Part shown: positions 1 to 8,535 of the stretch, piece by piece
How the letters are laid out: the number at the start of each line of letters is the position of its first letter
Position numbering within the stretch: position 1 is the stretch's first letter
Assembly (NCBI GenBank): GCA_043809315.1
Contig: JAZDDX010000016.1
Coordinates: 64,001-128,000 of the forward strand
Length of the DNA: 64,000 nt
Direction of reading: 5' to 3'
From: Pseudomonadota bacterium
Lineage (GTDB): Bacteria; Bdellovibrionota_G; JALEGL01; DATDPG01
Translations under genes and position numbers: made by a program
The notes under the pieces: generated by a model
The model's database searches: none
What the model was told of the DNA's origin: nothing
What the model saw: the letters and a program-made list of their open reading frames with translations, nothing else

Positions 1-101
1 GAATAGATGCCGGCGATCACGACGGTCGAGATGAGGAGCGTGATCATCATCTCGATGAGAGAGAACGCCAGAAGGCGGATTCTATGGGGTCTTGAGTTCA
101 A
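1..101 (-). CDS. Prepilin-type N-terminal cleavage/methylation protein (minor pilin), 3' end runs off the window
   Basis: Manual translation from TTG at 101: MNSRPHRIRLLAFSLIEMMITLLISTVVIAGIY, with a type IV pilin-like (A)FSLIE motif followed by a hydrophobic helix. Confidence 0.75.
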   Translation of the reverse strand, partial: MNSRPHRIRLLAFSLIEMMITLLISTVVIAGIY

Positions 102-561
102 TGGCCCCCCCAGGAAAAATATAGATCGATTTGGTTCTCGCGGCCCCCAATCCCGTGATGGTCACGAAAGCGGAGGAGGAACCCAGTGCATTTAGGAACA
201 TGCCCCGGGGAGTGGCGGTGATGACAATGGAAGGAAGGGCTGCAAGGTAGGTATCCGAAGGCATGTTCCGGATATCCCCGATGTCGGTCCAAGTCGCCGT
301 ATCCGTATCGTACTGTTGGATCTTCCAGGAGGTCACGTTCTGGAACGTCATCCGGTGATCGGCATTCGTTGAAAGAGCCCGGCTGCGGATCAGGATCAGA
401 TCGTCGTAAATCTGCTGGGTTCCGCGACTGATATAGTCCCCGGATTCGGTGCCCCGCAACGTCGCGATGAAGACGGTAAGGAGAACCGCCACGATCGTCA
501 GAACGACGACCACTTCGACCAGGGTAACCCCCCGCAATCGGTTTCTTACAATCGTGCGCAT
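82..561 (-). CDS. Prepilin-type minor pilin/pseudopilin, FimT/GspH-like
   Basis: RGVTLVEVVVVLTIVAVLL pilin motif, 159 aa; GAAGGGG RBS upstream. Confidence 0.8.
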   Translation of the reverse strand: MRTIVRNRLRGVTLVEVVVVLTIVAVLLTVFIATLRGTESGDYISRGTQQIYDDLILIRSRALSTNADHRMTFQNVTSWKIQQYDTDTATWTDIGDIRNMPSDTYLAALPSIVITATPRGMFLNALGSSSAFVTITGLGAARTKSIYIFPGGAIELKTP

Positions 562-659
562 CCCCTTCGAAACGAAAGTCCAAATATCTATCGTAGCACG
601 AAGATCTTACCAAAAACATCGACGAGAGCCGGAAGAAAAGTTTACGCTTTTCGAAAGAA

Positions 660-2360
660 ATGCCCAAGACGAGAGCATCGCTCCTCCTTCTCCTCCTGCC
701 CGCAGCTGGCCTCCTCGTTCACGGCATCTCTCTGCCGAACCCGTTCTACTTCGACGATCTCTTCGTCCTCCGAGACAACGGGTGGATCTTCGGGAAAACC
801 CCCTGGATCTGGCTGACGAACTACTTCATCGACCAGAATCATCTGTTCACCGGCTTCCGTCCCGGCCTGATGATCACCTTCTGGCTGAATCAGCTCCTCG
901 TCGGCCCGTCCCCCGAATCGTTTCGTACCGTCAATCTAGCAATCCATATCGGCAACAGCTTCCTCCTCTTTCTCTGGCTGCGCCGCGTCCTCTCCCCGAC
1001 GGGCCGCCTGATTCCGATCGCCGCCGCCCTCCTCTTCCTCGTCCATCCGATCCAGACTTTTCCGATCAATTTCATCTGGAAGCGGAGCACCCTGCTCGAA
1101 ACGACGCTCCTGCTCTCGTCCTTGATTCTCCAAGCGCGAGAACGGGGGAGACCGACCTATCGGATCCGAGTCGTTTTGCTACAGACGGCAATTTTTCTGG
1201 CGGCTCTCTCGATCAAGGAATCGGCGCTCCTTTTCCCCGCGATTCTCGCGGCCGCCGATCTTTTCGTACATCGAAAACGATCGACTCTCCTCTATCTTCC
1301 CCTTCTCCTGATCGCCGTCGGTTTCTATTGGTTTCGTTTCATCGAGATCAATCGCTGGCTCGGGGAACATCGCCGGATCATCCCGAGTCCCCATTCTCTT
1401 TCCCGGGCGGAGTATATCTGGACTTCCCTCCAGACCCTCCCACGCTACTTCCTTCAATGGCCTCTCCCCGACCCGCGAATTCTCGACGACCCCTCCCCGC
1501 TCCGGGCGATCCCTTGGAACGCGGTGACGATCGATGTTTTCTTGCTCGCGCTCTCCGTTCTGGTCTCGATCCGCTGGAGGAAGATCGGTCTCGTTCCGTT
1601 TTCGATCGCTCTGTTCTGGATCCAGATCGTTCCGACGATGGTGTTTCCTCTCTATCTCGTGATGGACACGATCCGCCTTTACGTCCCGCTTCTGGGTCTC
1701 TCCTTTCTGATGACGTTCTTTCTCCTGCGGCTGGTCGATTGGATCCGGACGAGGAGAAAATTTATCCCGAGCTGGGCCGGAGCTGCGATTCTGGGGGGGC
1801 TATTTCTTTCCTACGCAGCGCACTCGGTCCTTCAGAACCTCCGATACCGCGACCCGATTTCGATCTGGCAGGACGTGGCGATCGAATATCCGGAAAGCGA
1901 TCTCGCCTGGGGGGAGCTGGGGATCGCCCTGTCCGACGCCGGAGAGCATGGGAAGGCGGCGGTGGCGTTCGGTATGGCGACGCGGATCAACCCGTCGAAT
2001 CTCGGGTACACGATCCTCACGCTCCACAACGCTCTAAGAAGCGGCACCTCCCCGGAGGTTGTTAAGACGTGGCTCCGCAACTTCTCGACCGTCGACGTCT
2101 CGATCCCCGACATCGTGAACCTCGGGAATCTGGCCCGGCAGTTGGGGGAACCTGCGCTGGCGAAAGAAATCTATCTGGAGGCGCTCCGGAAGAATGGGAA
2201 CTACGGGCCGGCTTACCTCTATCTGGCCTCGCTGTTCGAAGTGACGGGAGAAACCGAAAAGGCGAAGCGGGCGCACGAAAACGCCGCCAGATTCATGCCG
2301 TACAGCCGGGAGGCGAAGGAAGGGGCACGCCGCAATCTTTTCCGACCTGACGCGCCATAG
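660..2360 (+). CDS. Multi-pass membrane protein with C-terminal TPRs, TMTC-like GT-C glycosyltransferase
   Basis: FYFDD loop, FRP, NLAIH, LFLVHPIQT, KES and R-LY-P motifs, many TM helices, TPR-like C-terminus. Confidence 0.75.
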   Translation: MPKTRASLLLLLLPAAGLLVHGISLPNPFYFDDLFVLRDNGWIFGKTPWIWLTNYFIDQNHLFTGFRPGLMITFWLNQLLVGPSPESFRTVNLAIHIGNSFLLFLWLRRVLSPTGRLIPIAAALLFLVHPIQTFPINFIWKRSTLLETTLLLSSLILQARERGRPTYRIRVVLLQTAIFLAALSIKESALLFPAILAAADLFVHRKRSTLLYLPLLLIAVGFYWFRFIEINRWLGEHRRIIPSPHSLSRAEYIWTSLQTLPRYFLQWPLPDPRILDDPSPLRAIPWNAVTIDVFLLALSVLVSIRWRKIGLVPFSIALFWIQIVPTMVFPLYLVMDTIRLYVPLLGLSFLMTFFLLRLVDWIRTRRKFIPSWAGAAILGGLFLSYAAHSVLQNLRYRDPISIWQDVAIEYPESDLAWGELGIALSDAGEHGKAAVAFGMATRINPSNLGYTILTLHNALRSGTSPEVVKTWLRNFSTVDVSIPDIVNLGNLARQLGEPALAKEIYLEALRKNGNYGPAYLYLASLFEVTGETEKAKRAHENAARFMPYSREAKEGARRNLFRPDAP

Positions 2361-2367
2361 GAAAATT

Positions 2368-2411
2368 CAACACATTGATATTGTTGTTGTTTTTATGGCC
2401 TCCTTCTTGCT
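2368..2411 (+). promoter_or_regulatory. IHF site plus sigma54 (-24/-12) promoter
   Basis: CAACACATTGATA (reverse complement matches WATCAANNNNTTR) at 2368-2380; TGGC-CTCCTTC-TTGCT at 2396-2411. Confidence 0.8.
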
Positions 2412-2423
2412 AAACCATAAGGG

Positions 2424-3128
2424 GTGATGAGCCGGAACGGTCTGCCGCTTCTTCTGGCGCTCGCGTTCCTCTGCGCAAACGGGGAGCTGTTCGCGCGAGC
2501 GAAAAGAATGAAGGGGGTTCCAAAGAGCCTGAACCGGTTGAGCATCGCCGACTCGGAACAGCGCCAGGCCAAAGAGACGATCAAGAAGTGGGCGAAAGAC
2601 GAAATCTACAGGGTCAAGATCAAGGCAGAAGGTCCCGATTCTGAGGCGAGTTACAAAATCACCGCGCGCGCGAGCATTTTTTGCGACACCGGCGTGCCGG
2701 AGAAGAAGCCGGAGGAAGTGAAGAGCGAGGAGACCCGCTCGATCACCAAATTGGCGAGTCTTTCGATGGGGCAAAAGGACAAGTCGGCCATGATCGCCTT
2801 CACCGGGAAGGAGCTGATCGACGGGGTCAGCGGAGGAAAGGGATCGTTTCTCCTCGACGAAGTCGAGGGGGATTGCAGGTCGTCGAGGAACGCTGATTTC
2901 GGGATGGAGATCACGATCCGGCGAAAGGATGGGACAAAGGTCGGCTCGGGGTACTTTCTGGAAACCCACCTCGGGGAACCGGGATGGAAGAGTTTCACGA
3001 AAACCGATCCCGCCAACCGCGTCCAGTTCAAGGTCATGGCGAGAGAAGCCCGAAACGACGATAACCGCCCCCCCGCCCCTCCTCGCCGAAATTCCAAACC
3101 GCGGCGATCCGCCCGCGGAACGGGTTGA
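2424..3128 (+). CDS. Secreted hypothetical protein, paralog family A copy 1
   Basis: Signal peptide; shares FTGK..ID.V.GK, AD.G..ITI and W.SF...D.A...QFK blocks with 3287-3907. Confidence 0.75.
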   Translation: MMSRNGLPLLLALAFLCANGELFARAKRMKGVPKSLNRLSIADSEQRQAKETIKKWAKDEIYRVKIKAEGPDSEASYKITARASIFCDTGVPEKKPEEVKSEETRSITKLASLSMGQKDKSAMIAFTGKELIDGVSGGKGSFLLDEVEGDCRSSRNADFGMEITIRRKDGTKVGSGYFLETHLGEPGWKSFTKTDPANRVQFKVMAREARNDDNRPPAPPRRNSKPRRSARGTG

Positions 3129-3215
3129 CAATACAAGGCGTACGTACGAGAACGCCGCCGGCTTTCCGCCCCACAGGGGTCGCAATTGGCGATTTTTCTG
3201 CAAGGGGTTGGTTGG

Positions 3216-3259
3216 TAACGTATTGATATCGCAACAAAAGTTATGGCCCCTTTCTTGCT
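3216..3259 (+). promoter_or_regulatory. IHF site plus sigma54 promoter
   Basis: TAACGTATTGATA at 3216-3228; TGGC-CCCTTTC-TTGCT at 3244-3259. Confidence 0.8.
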
Positions 3260-3286
3260 AAAATAGGGGACGTAAGGAGATCTCCG

Positions 3287-3907
3287 ATGAACCGAAACGT
3301 ACTCTCAATTCTTGTTGGCGTGGCGTTCCTGCTCCCAGGTAGCCCGGCCTGGGCTCAAAGAACCATGGAACAGGTTCAGAGAGAGCAGGATCAAGAGAGG
3401 CTCAGGAAGTTCAACGAGAAAGAGGCGCGCGAGGCGCCCGCGAAGAAGAAGAAGAAATGGGAGAACGAGCCGGCTTATAAGTTTACGGTGACCGCCAAGA
3501 GTTCGAATTCGAAGGCACGATTTCAGATCACGGCACACGCCGGCATGTACTGCTACCTGCGGTATCCGGGAAAGCCGACCGAGATCACCGGGCAAGGGAT
3601 CACCCCTCAGGAGAAGAAAGGGAGTCTCTTTTCCAACGGCAAGGTTGAGATCTTGTTCACAGGCAAGCAGATGATCGATGACGTCGGAGGTAAGGATTAC
3701 TATTACGATCCAGGACCCACCTGTAAGGAATTGATGGCGGACCATGGCGTCGTGATTACGATCGCCAACATGAACGATCTCGACAAGCCGGTCGCGTCGG
3801 CCTTCGTCAATTTAGGTGAATTGAATCAGCCCGAGTGGCAATCATTCAGCCGGAAAGATAAGGCCACCGGAACCCAGTTCAAGATCCGCGCATTCGATCT
3901 GAGGTAG
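3287..3907 (+). CDS. Secreted hypothetical protein, paralog family A copy 2
   Basis: AAGGAG RBS, signal peptide ending AWA, clear similarity to 2424-3128. Confidence 0.8.
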   Translation: MNRNVLSILVGVAFLLPGSPAWAQRTMEQVQREQDQERLRKFNEKEAREAPAKKKKKWENEPAYKFTVTAKSSNSKARFQITAHAGMYCYLRYPGKPTEITGQGITPQEKKGSLFSNGKVEILFTGKQMIDDVGGKDYYYDPGPTCKELMADHGVVITIANMNDLDKPVASAFVNLGELNQPEWQSFSRKDKATGTQFKIRAFDLR

Positions 3908-3970
3908 GCAACGTCTCCCTCGCCCCATTCAAGCCCCACCCAGCGGCAATCAGCCCCCAGACCGGGTTGA

Positions 3971-4014
3971 CAACGTATTGATTCTATGGGAATCCGCCTG
4001 GCCCTGATTTTGCT
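3971..4014 (+). promoter_or_regulatory. IHF site plus sigma54 promoter
   Basis: CAACGTATTGATT at 3971-3983; TGGC-CCTGATT-TTGCT at 3999-4014. Confidence 0.8.
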
Positions 4015-4029
4015 TTGATGAGGATGATT

Positions 4030-4806
4030 ATGACGAAACGGTTTCCATGGCTTGTGATCGTACTGTTGAGCTTGACGTTCCCCGCGCTCGGCCAGAATTT
4101 CTCGGAGGCTCAGCGGGATTCGATCAAAAAGGCAAAGCGGGCTGACTTCGAAAAGATGCTGGCCGAGCAAAAGAAGATCGAAGAAAAATTCAGTAAGAAG
4201 GCTCACAAGTACTACGACGACCGTTACACCGTGCGCGTGACTGCCTCCGTTGTAAGAAACATCCCGCGGGACGACCAGCCGTTCTACAACATTTATGTCG
4301 ATACGGGTGTCGTCTGCTCGACTGAAGTGCCGCCGGCCGCACGTCCGAAGAAAGATCTGGTGAGGCTCACGCCGCACAAGATGGTTCCCACCGCCGACAC
4401 ACCCGGAGTGAAGACGGAAGGGGATGCCAGATTCGGCTTCGCGGATCTGGACCTGAGTTTGGATCACCAGATCGAAATCAAGCTTTCGGAAGGGGATGTC
4501 CGGAACAGCACAGGAACCGACATCATGTACCCCCCGAACTACGCGCAACAACTCATTAAGAAGTTTTATCCAAAGTGCGTCAAAAAATTTACCGGCGCCA
4601 AGGGACTGGTTCCCAAGTTCGCGATTTTCGTGCGGGTGGAACGCCTCGATTCCAAGTGGAGCAACATCACTTACTTTCTGAAAGCGGTTCCCAACGCCAC
4701 GGAGTGGAACCATTACACTTCCGACTTCATTCAACTGGATGAGGACGAGCCTCCCGTCGAGGTGAAATTCTCCATCGAATACCTGGGCGAAAATCTCAAG
4801 AACTAA
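4030..4806 (+). CDS. Secreted hypothetical protein, probable divergent family A copy 3 (start may be 4024)
   Basis: Signal peptide, Lys/Glu-rich N-terminal helix, YTVRVTA / YNIYVDTGVVC / W..YT / VKF pattern colinear with copies 1 and 2. Confidence 0.7.
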   Translation: MTKRFPWLVIVLLSLTFPALGQNFSEAQRDSIKKAKRADFEKMLAEQKKIEEKFSKKAHKYYDDRYTVRVTASVVRNIPRDDQPFYNIYVDTGVVCSTEVPPAARPKKDLVRLTPHKMVPTADTPGVKTEGDARFGFADLDLSLDHQIEIKLSEGDVRNSTGTDIMYPPNYAQQLIKKFYPKCVKKFTGAKGLVPKFAIFVRVERLDSKWSNITYFLKAVPNATEWNHYTSDFIQLDEDEPPVEVKFSIEYLGENLKN

Positions 4807-4871
4807 TCGGGTGACACCACACCTATTTCCGGTCCCTGCCCGGGGCGGAAATTCGTATTGTGTCCCCGGAT
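4806..4871. repeat. Imperfect palindromic intergenic element (GGGGACAC/GTGTCCCC family)
   Basis: Right arm GAAATTCGTATTGTGTCCCC is 19/20 identical to the arm at 30942-30961. Confidence 0.65.
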
Positions 4872-4907
4872 AGACATCCGCCTCGTTCTCTCATATGAAC
4901 GAGGTTC

Positions 4908-6203
4908 GTGACGACTCCATCCAAAGACCTCCGCGCGCGTCTGATTGACGACGAACGCGGACTCTCCAGTTACCTGACCCTCTTCCCCGAACTCGAGGAA
5001 TTGCTCCGGAAGGATAACGCCCTCGGGGTCCTCTATATCAAGGGGAACCGACTGCGGAACATCGAGGAGAGATTCGGAAGCCAGCTCTTCGACCAGATCA
5101 TGACGCGGATCTCGAAGGTCCTGCTCAACATGCGCGGTGTCACGGTCCGGCAGGACGACCTGATCGCGCTGACCGAAGTCGCCGGGTACTCGTTCGTCAT
5201 CTTCCTCTCCGAAAGCCGCAAAGAACGGACCGGCCACATCCTCTCGAAAGACGACGTCGAGATGGTCAGCGAGCGGGTGCAGAGCTACCTCCACTCCACC
5301 CTCTTCTTCGAGCTGTACAACTACATCAAGGGACTGCCGAAGATTAACGTCGGGTACTCGTTCGTCGTCCGGAACCCGATGATCCACACCTGGCGGTCGA
5401 TCTACAACCTGATCGACGAGGCCAAGGACATCGCCGATCTCCAGATGTCGCAGCTCGAGCTTAAGAACCGCGGGCGGCTCCAGAAGATCCTCCTCGAGGA
5501 GCAGGTCACGACCGTCTATCAGCCGATCGTGCGACTCAAGGACGGGGAGGTGACTGGGTACGAAGCGCTCAGCCGGGGCCCCAAAAACTCCGAGATCGAA
5601 GCTCCCATCATCCTCTTCACGCTCGCGGAGGAAACCGGGTTGGTCTTCGAACTCGACCGGCTCTGCCGTAAACGCGCGATCGTGAATGCGAAAGGGAAGG
5701 AACGCGGAAAAAAGCTGTTCGTGAATACGTTGCCGAATCTGATCTACGACCCCGACTTCGAGGCGAGCCAGTTCGCCCGGTTCCTCGAATCGAACGACAT
5801 GCCGATCGACGACATCGTCTTCGAGATCACGGAGCGAAACGCGATCGACCAGTACTCGCACTTCAAGCAGGCGATCAGCTACTACACGAACGTCGGGATC
5901 GCGATCGCGATCGACGACGTCGGCGCCGGTTACTCGAGCCTCGAGGCGATCATGGAGATCAAGCCGCGGTACGTGAAGATCGACGCTTCAATCATCCGCG
6001 GGGCGAGCGCATCGACCGGAAAACGGGAGATGATCAAGGCGTTGTGCGCCCTGTCCCAGTCGATCCACGCCGAGACGATCGCCGAAGGGGTCGAGACCAA
6101 GGAAGACCTGCGGGTCATCAAAGAGCTCGGGATCAACTACGCGCAGGGGTACTACCTCGCCAAGCCGGGCCCGCCGTTCCCGAAGGTCACCGTCAAGGTC
6201 TGA
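4908..6203 (+). CDS. EAL-domain c-di-GMP phosphodiesterase with a degenerate GGDEF-like N-terminal domain
   Basis: YQPIV, EAL, FEITE, IDDVGAGYSSL, VKID, AEGVE and QGY motifs. Confidence 0.9.
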   Translation: MTTPSKDLRARLIDDERGLSSYLTLFPELEELLRKDNALGVLYIKGNRLRNIEERFGSQLFDQIMTRISKVLLNMRGVTVRQDDLIALTEVAGYSFVIFLSESRKERTGHILSKDDVEMVSERVQSYLHSTLFFELYNYIKGLPKINVGYSFVVRNPMIHTWRSIYNLIDEAKDIADLQMSQLELKNRGRLQKILLEEQVTTVYQPIVRLKDGEVTGYEALSRGPKNSEIEAPIILFTLAEETGLVFELDRLCRKRAIVNAKGKERGKKLFVNTLPNLIYDPDFEASQFARFLESNDMPIDDIVFEITERNAIDQYSHFKQAISYYTNVGIAIAIDDVGAGYSSLEAIMEIKPRYVKIDASIIRGASASTGKREMIKALCALSQSIHAETIAEGVETKEDLRVIKELGINYAQGYYLAKPGPPFPKVTVKV

Positions 6204-6933
6204 CGAGCGAGAGCGCCCGCGCGACCTGATCGCTGAAGATCCCGTCCACGCCCCAGTTCGCCATCCGCCGGATGTCGTCCTCTTCGTTCACCGTGTAGAC
6301 ACGGAGGGGGATTTTTCGCTCTTGGATTCTGCGAACCATTGCCTCATCCAAAGCCCGGATCGACAAATGGACTGCGTCCGCCCTTGCGCGCGTGATGAAT
6401 TTCCCTGGGTCTTGGTTCAGGGGTCCTGCATGGAGGATGGCGGTTTCGAGTTCGGGGGCGAGTTTCTTCACACGTCGGACGGTGCGGGGTGAAAACGACG
6501 AGACAATCACACCGGCTTGAAGGTTGCGTTTCCGAACCTCCTCCACGACAATCGCTTCGATCCCGCGAATAGGGAATAAACTCACGGCATCGCGCTTGAT
6601 TTCAATGTTCATCTGAACCCGTCCTCCGAGGCGGTCGAGGAGGTCGGTGAAGAGAGGAATTCGTTCGGCGCTGAACTTCGGGGAGAACCAACTGCCGGCA
6701 TCGAGATCGCGAATTTCGGCAAGAGTCTTTCTCGGGATTGCACCTTTCCCGTTCGTCGTCCGGTCGAGGGTGTGATCGTGAAAGACGACGGGAACCTTAT
6801 CTCGCGTGAGGGTCACGTCGAACTCGACCATCCGAGCCCCGGCAGCGATCGCCGCTTCGAACGAAGCGAAGGTGTTTTCGGGGGCGACAACCGGAAACCC
6901 GCGGTGTCCCACGACCCATGGACGATCTGCCAT
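6193..6933 (-). CDS. Glycerophosphodiester phosphodiesterase (UgpQ/GlpQ family)
   Basis: HRG, PENT, EFDV, HD.TLDRTT, NIEIK and YTVN motifs. Confidence 0.92.
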   Translation of the reverse strand: MADRPWVVGHRGFPVVAPENTFASFEAAIAAGARMVEFDVTLTRDKVPVVFHDHTLDRTTNGKGAIPRKTLAEIRDLDAGSWFSPKFSAERIPLFTDLLDRLGGRVQMNIEIKRDAVSLFPIRGIEAIVVEEVRKRNLQAGVIVSSFSPRTVRRVKKLAPELETAILHAGPLNQDPGKFITRARADAVHLSIRALDEAMVRRIQERKIPLRVYTVNEEDDIRRMANWGVDGIFSDQVARALSLVRP

Positions 6934-6957
6934 CGACGTTCAGTGTAGCCCGACCAT

Positions 6958-7043
6958 CCTGACAGTCCACCTGACAGTTCCGGTGTCAGGATCGCGCGAC
7001 CTGACACCATTTTCCGCACGAAACGATTGGCACGGGGGGTGCA
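6958..7043 (+). promoter_or_regulatory. Sigma54 promoter with upstream CCTGACA repeats
   Basis: TGGCACGGGGGGTGCA at 7028-7043; CCTGACA at 6958, 6970 and 7000; perfect inverted repeat GGTGTCAGG-N9-CCTGACACC at 6982-7008. Confidence 0.65.
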
Positions 7044-7067
7044 ATTAGACATTCCGAGAAGAAAATC

Positions 7068-7550
7068 ATGAAACAAGCCTACGCAATAACCGTTCTAAGT
7101 TTGGTTCTGCTGGCATCGGCCCACCAGGGGATGGCCGGGGAAGCCGGGATAATTCCAGTTTTTAAATCAGAGGGGGTCGCATGGGCATTGGCTCTTGATC
7201 CGATTCCGGGGGATGCACTCTTCTACGCAGGGAAACCGATCCAGGGAACGATCAACTTATTGCTCGGGCTTCCCGGTGGGGCCGCGTTTTTTGCTGGCCT
7301 CGCAATGATGGCGAGCATGCCCGACCACTGCGATGACGAAGGTGACTGCCGGGGAATTCCGGCAGCATTCGTCGCTCTCGGCGGGCTTCTCTATTTCCCG
7401 ATGCTGATCTGGGACGCCGCGGGTGGAATTTCGGGGGTTCAGGAACACAACCAGCAGATCCGCCGACAGAGTTCGTTCTTCGAGCGCTTCCAACCTGCGA
7501 TTGCAGTTACAAACAATGGGGTGTTCGCCGGTGCGAAGATCCATTTCTAG
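7068..7550 (+). CDS. Secreted/membrane hypothetical protein, paralog family B copy 1
   Basis: Signal peptide, LALDPIPGDALFYAG motif, two Gly-rich hydrophobic helices, C-terminus GVFAGAKIHF. Confidence 0.8.
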   Translation: MKQAYAITVLSLVLLASAHQGMAGEAGIIPVFKSEGVAWALALDPIPGDALFYAGKPIQGTINLLLGLPGGAAFFAGLAMMASMPDHCDDEGDCRGIPAAFVALGGLLYFPMLIWDAAGGISGVQEHNQQIRRQSSFFERFQPAIAVTNNGVFAGAKIHF

Positions 7551-7560
7551 AGAGGTGTTC

Positions 7561-8040
7561 GTGAGGATGATCGTGATCATCGGACTCATCGCTGGGATTC
7601 TCACTCTGACGGAAACCGTCAGGGCCCAAGAATGGGATGACGGCCTAACACTGAAATCGGTCACGTTCGCCAGAGTATTGGGGTTGGACCCGATCCCGGG
7701 GGACGCGCTTCTTTACTCGGGCCATCCGGGACAGGCCGCTGGTAGTCTTCTCATGGCCGGTGCGGGCGCCGGGTTGTTCCTCCTTGGAACTCGGTCGCAC
7801 TGCAGTATCGACTACGAGGTAAAAGCAGGTTGCGGTGGTCTCGGAGCGTTCGGAGGGATGGGTCTCGGAGTTCTGATGTACCTGGGATCGCTCATCTGGG
7901 ACTACGTCGGCGGCGTCGATGGAACCGAAGAATACAATGAGAAGGCGATCGCAAGACCGGTCTCTTTCTGGAGCAACGTCGAACCGACGGTGGCCGTCAC
8001 AAATGATGGTGCGGTTGCGGGCGTAAGAATAAGATTCTGA
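7561..8040 (+). CDS. Paralog family B copy 2
   Basis: GTG at 7561 (or ATG at 7567) after GAGGTG; LGLDPIPGDALLYSG; C-terminus GAVAGVRIRF. Confidence 0.8.
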   Translation: MRMIVIIGLIAGILTLTETVRAQEWDDGLTLKSVTFARVLGLDPIPGDALLYSGHPGQAAGSLLMAGAGAGLFLLGTRSHCSIDYEVKAGCGGLGAFGGMGLGVLMYLGSLIWDYVGGVDGTEEYNEKAIARPVSFWSNVEPTVAVTNDGAVAGVRIRF

Positions 8041-8050
8041 GGAGAGCGCC

Positions 8051-8530
8051 ATGAAGACAAAACTGATCGCGTTGACTCTGTTCGCAAGTCTCGTACTCGT
8101 AAACGGAACGAGTTGGGCAGGTGAGGACAATCCCCAACTTAAGTCGATGGGCGTGGCCACGGTCCTGGCCCTCGATCCAATCCCAGCGGACGCGCTCTTC
8201 TATGCCGGAAAGTCGGGTCAGGGAGTGGCAAATTTCCTAATCGGCACTCTCGGAGGCTTTCTGTTTTGGGCCGGCATGTACGACAATCTGACGATGTCCC
8301 CCGCCGAGAAGCACGACCTTAGCAGCATCGGCACCGGCGTCATGATCTCCTTCGGTGCCATATTGTACTTCCCAGCATTGCTGTGGGATGCCCTCGGAGG
8401 ACTTGCCGGCACAGCTGCGCACAACCGGCGCGTTCAAGAAAGAACGCATCACTCGATTCTGGAGCGTGTTCGACCGACCCTGGCCGTAACCCAAAACGGC
8501 GCGTTTGCGGGGGCACAGATCACCTTCTAA
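8051..8530 (+). CDS. Paralog family B copy 3
   Basis: GAGGAG RBS; LALDPIPADALFYAG; C-terminus GAFAGAQITF. Confidence 0.8.
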   Translation: MKTKLIALTLFASLVLVNGTSWAGEDNPQLKSMGVATVLALDPIPADALFYAGKSGQGVANFLIGTLGGFLFWAGMYDNLTMSPAEKHDLSSIGTGVMISFGAILYFPALLWDALGGLAGTAAHNRRVQERTHHSILERVRPTLAVTQNGAFAGAQITF

Positions 8531-8535
8531 CCCCC

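Noticed and set aside
3187-3202. Second sigma54-like box TGGCGATTTTTCTGCA
   Set aside because: Weaker match without the conserved IHF spacing; may be chance.
3121-3973. CGGGTTGACAA repeated at 3121 and 3963
   Set aside because: Only 11 bp, at different distances from the promoters, and one copy overlaps a stop codon.
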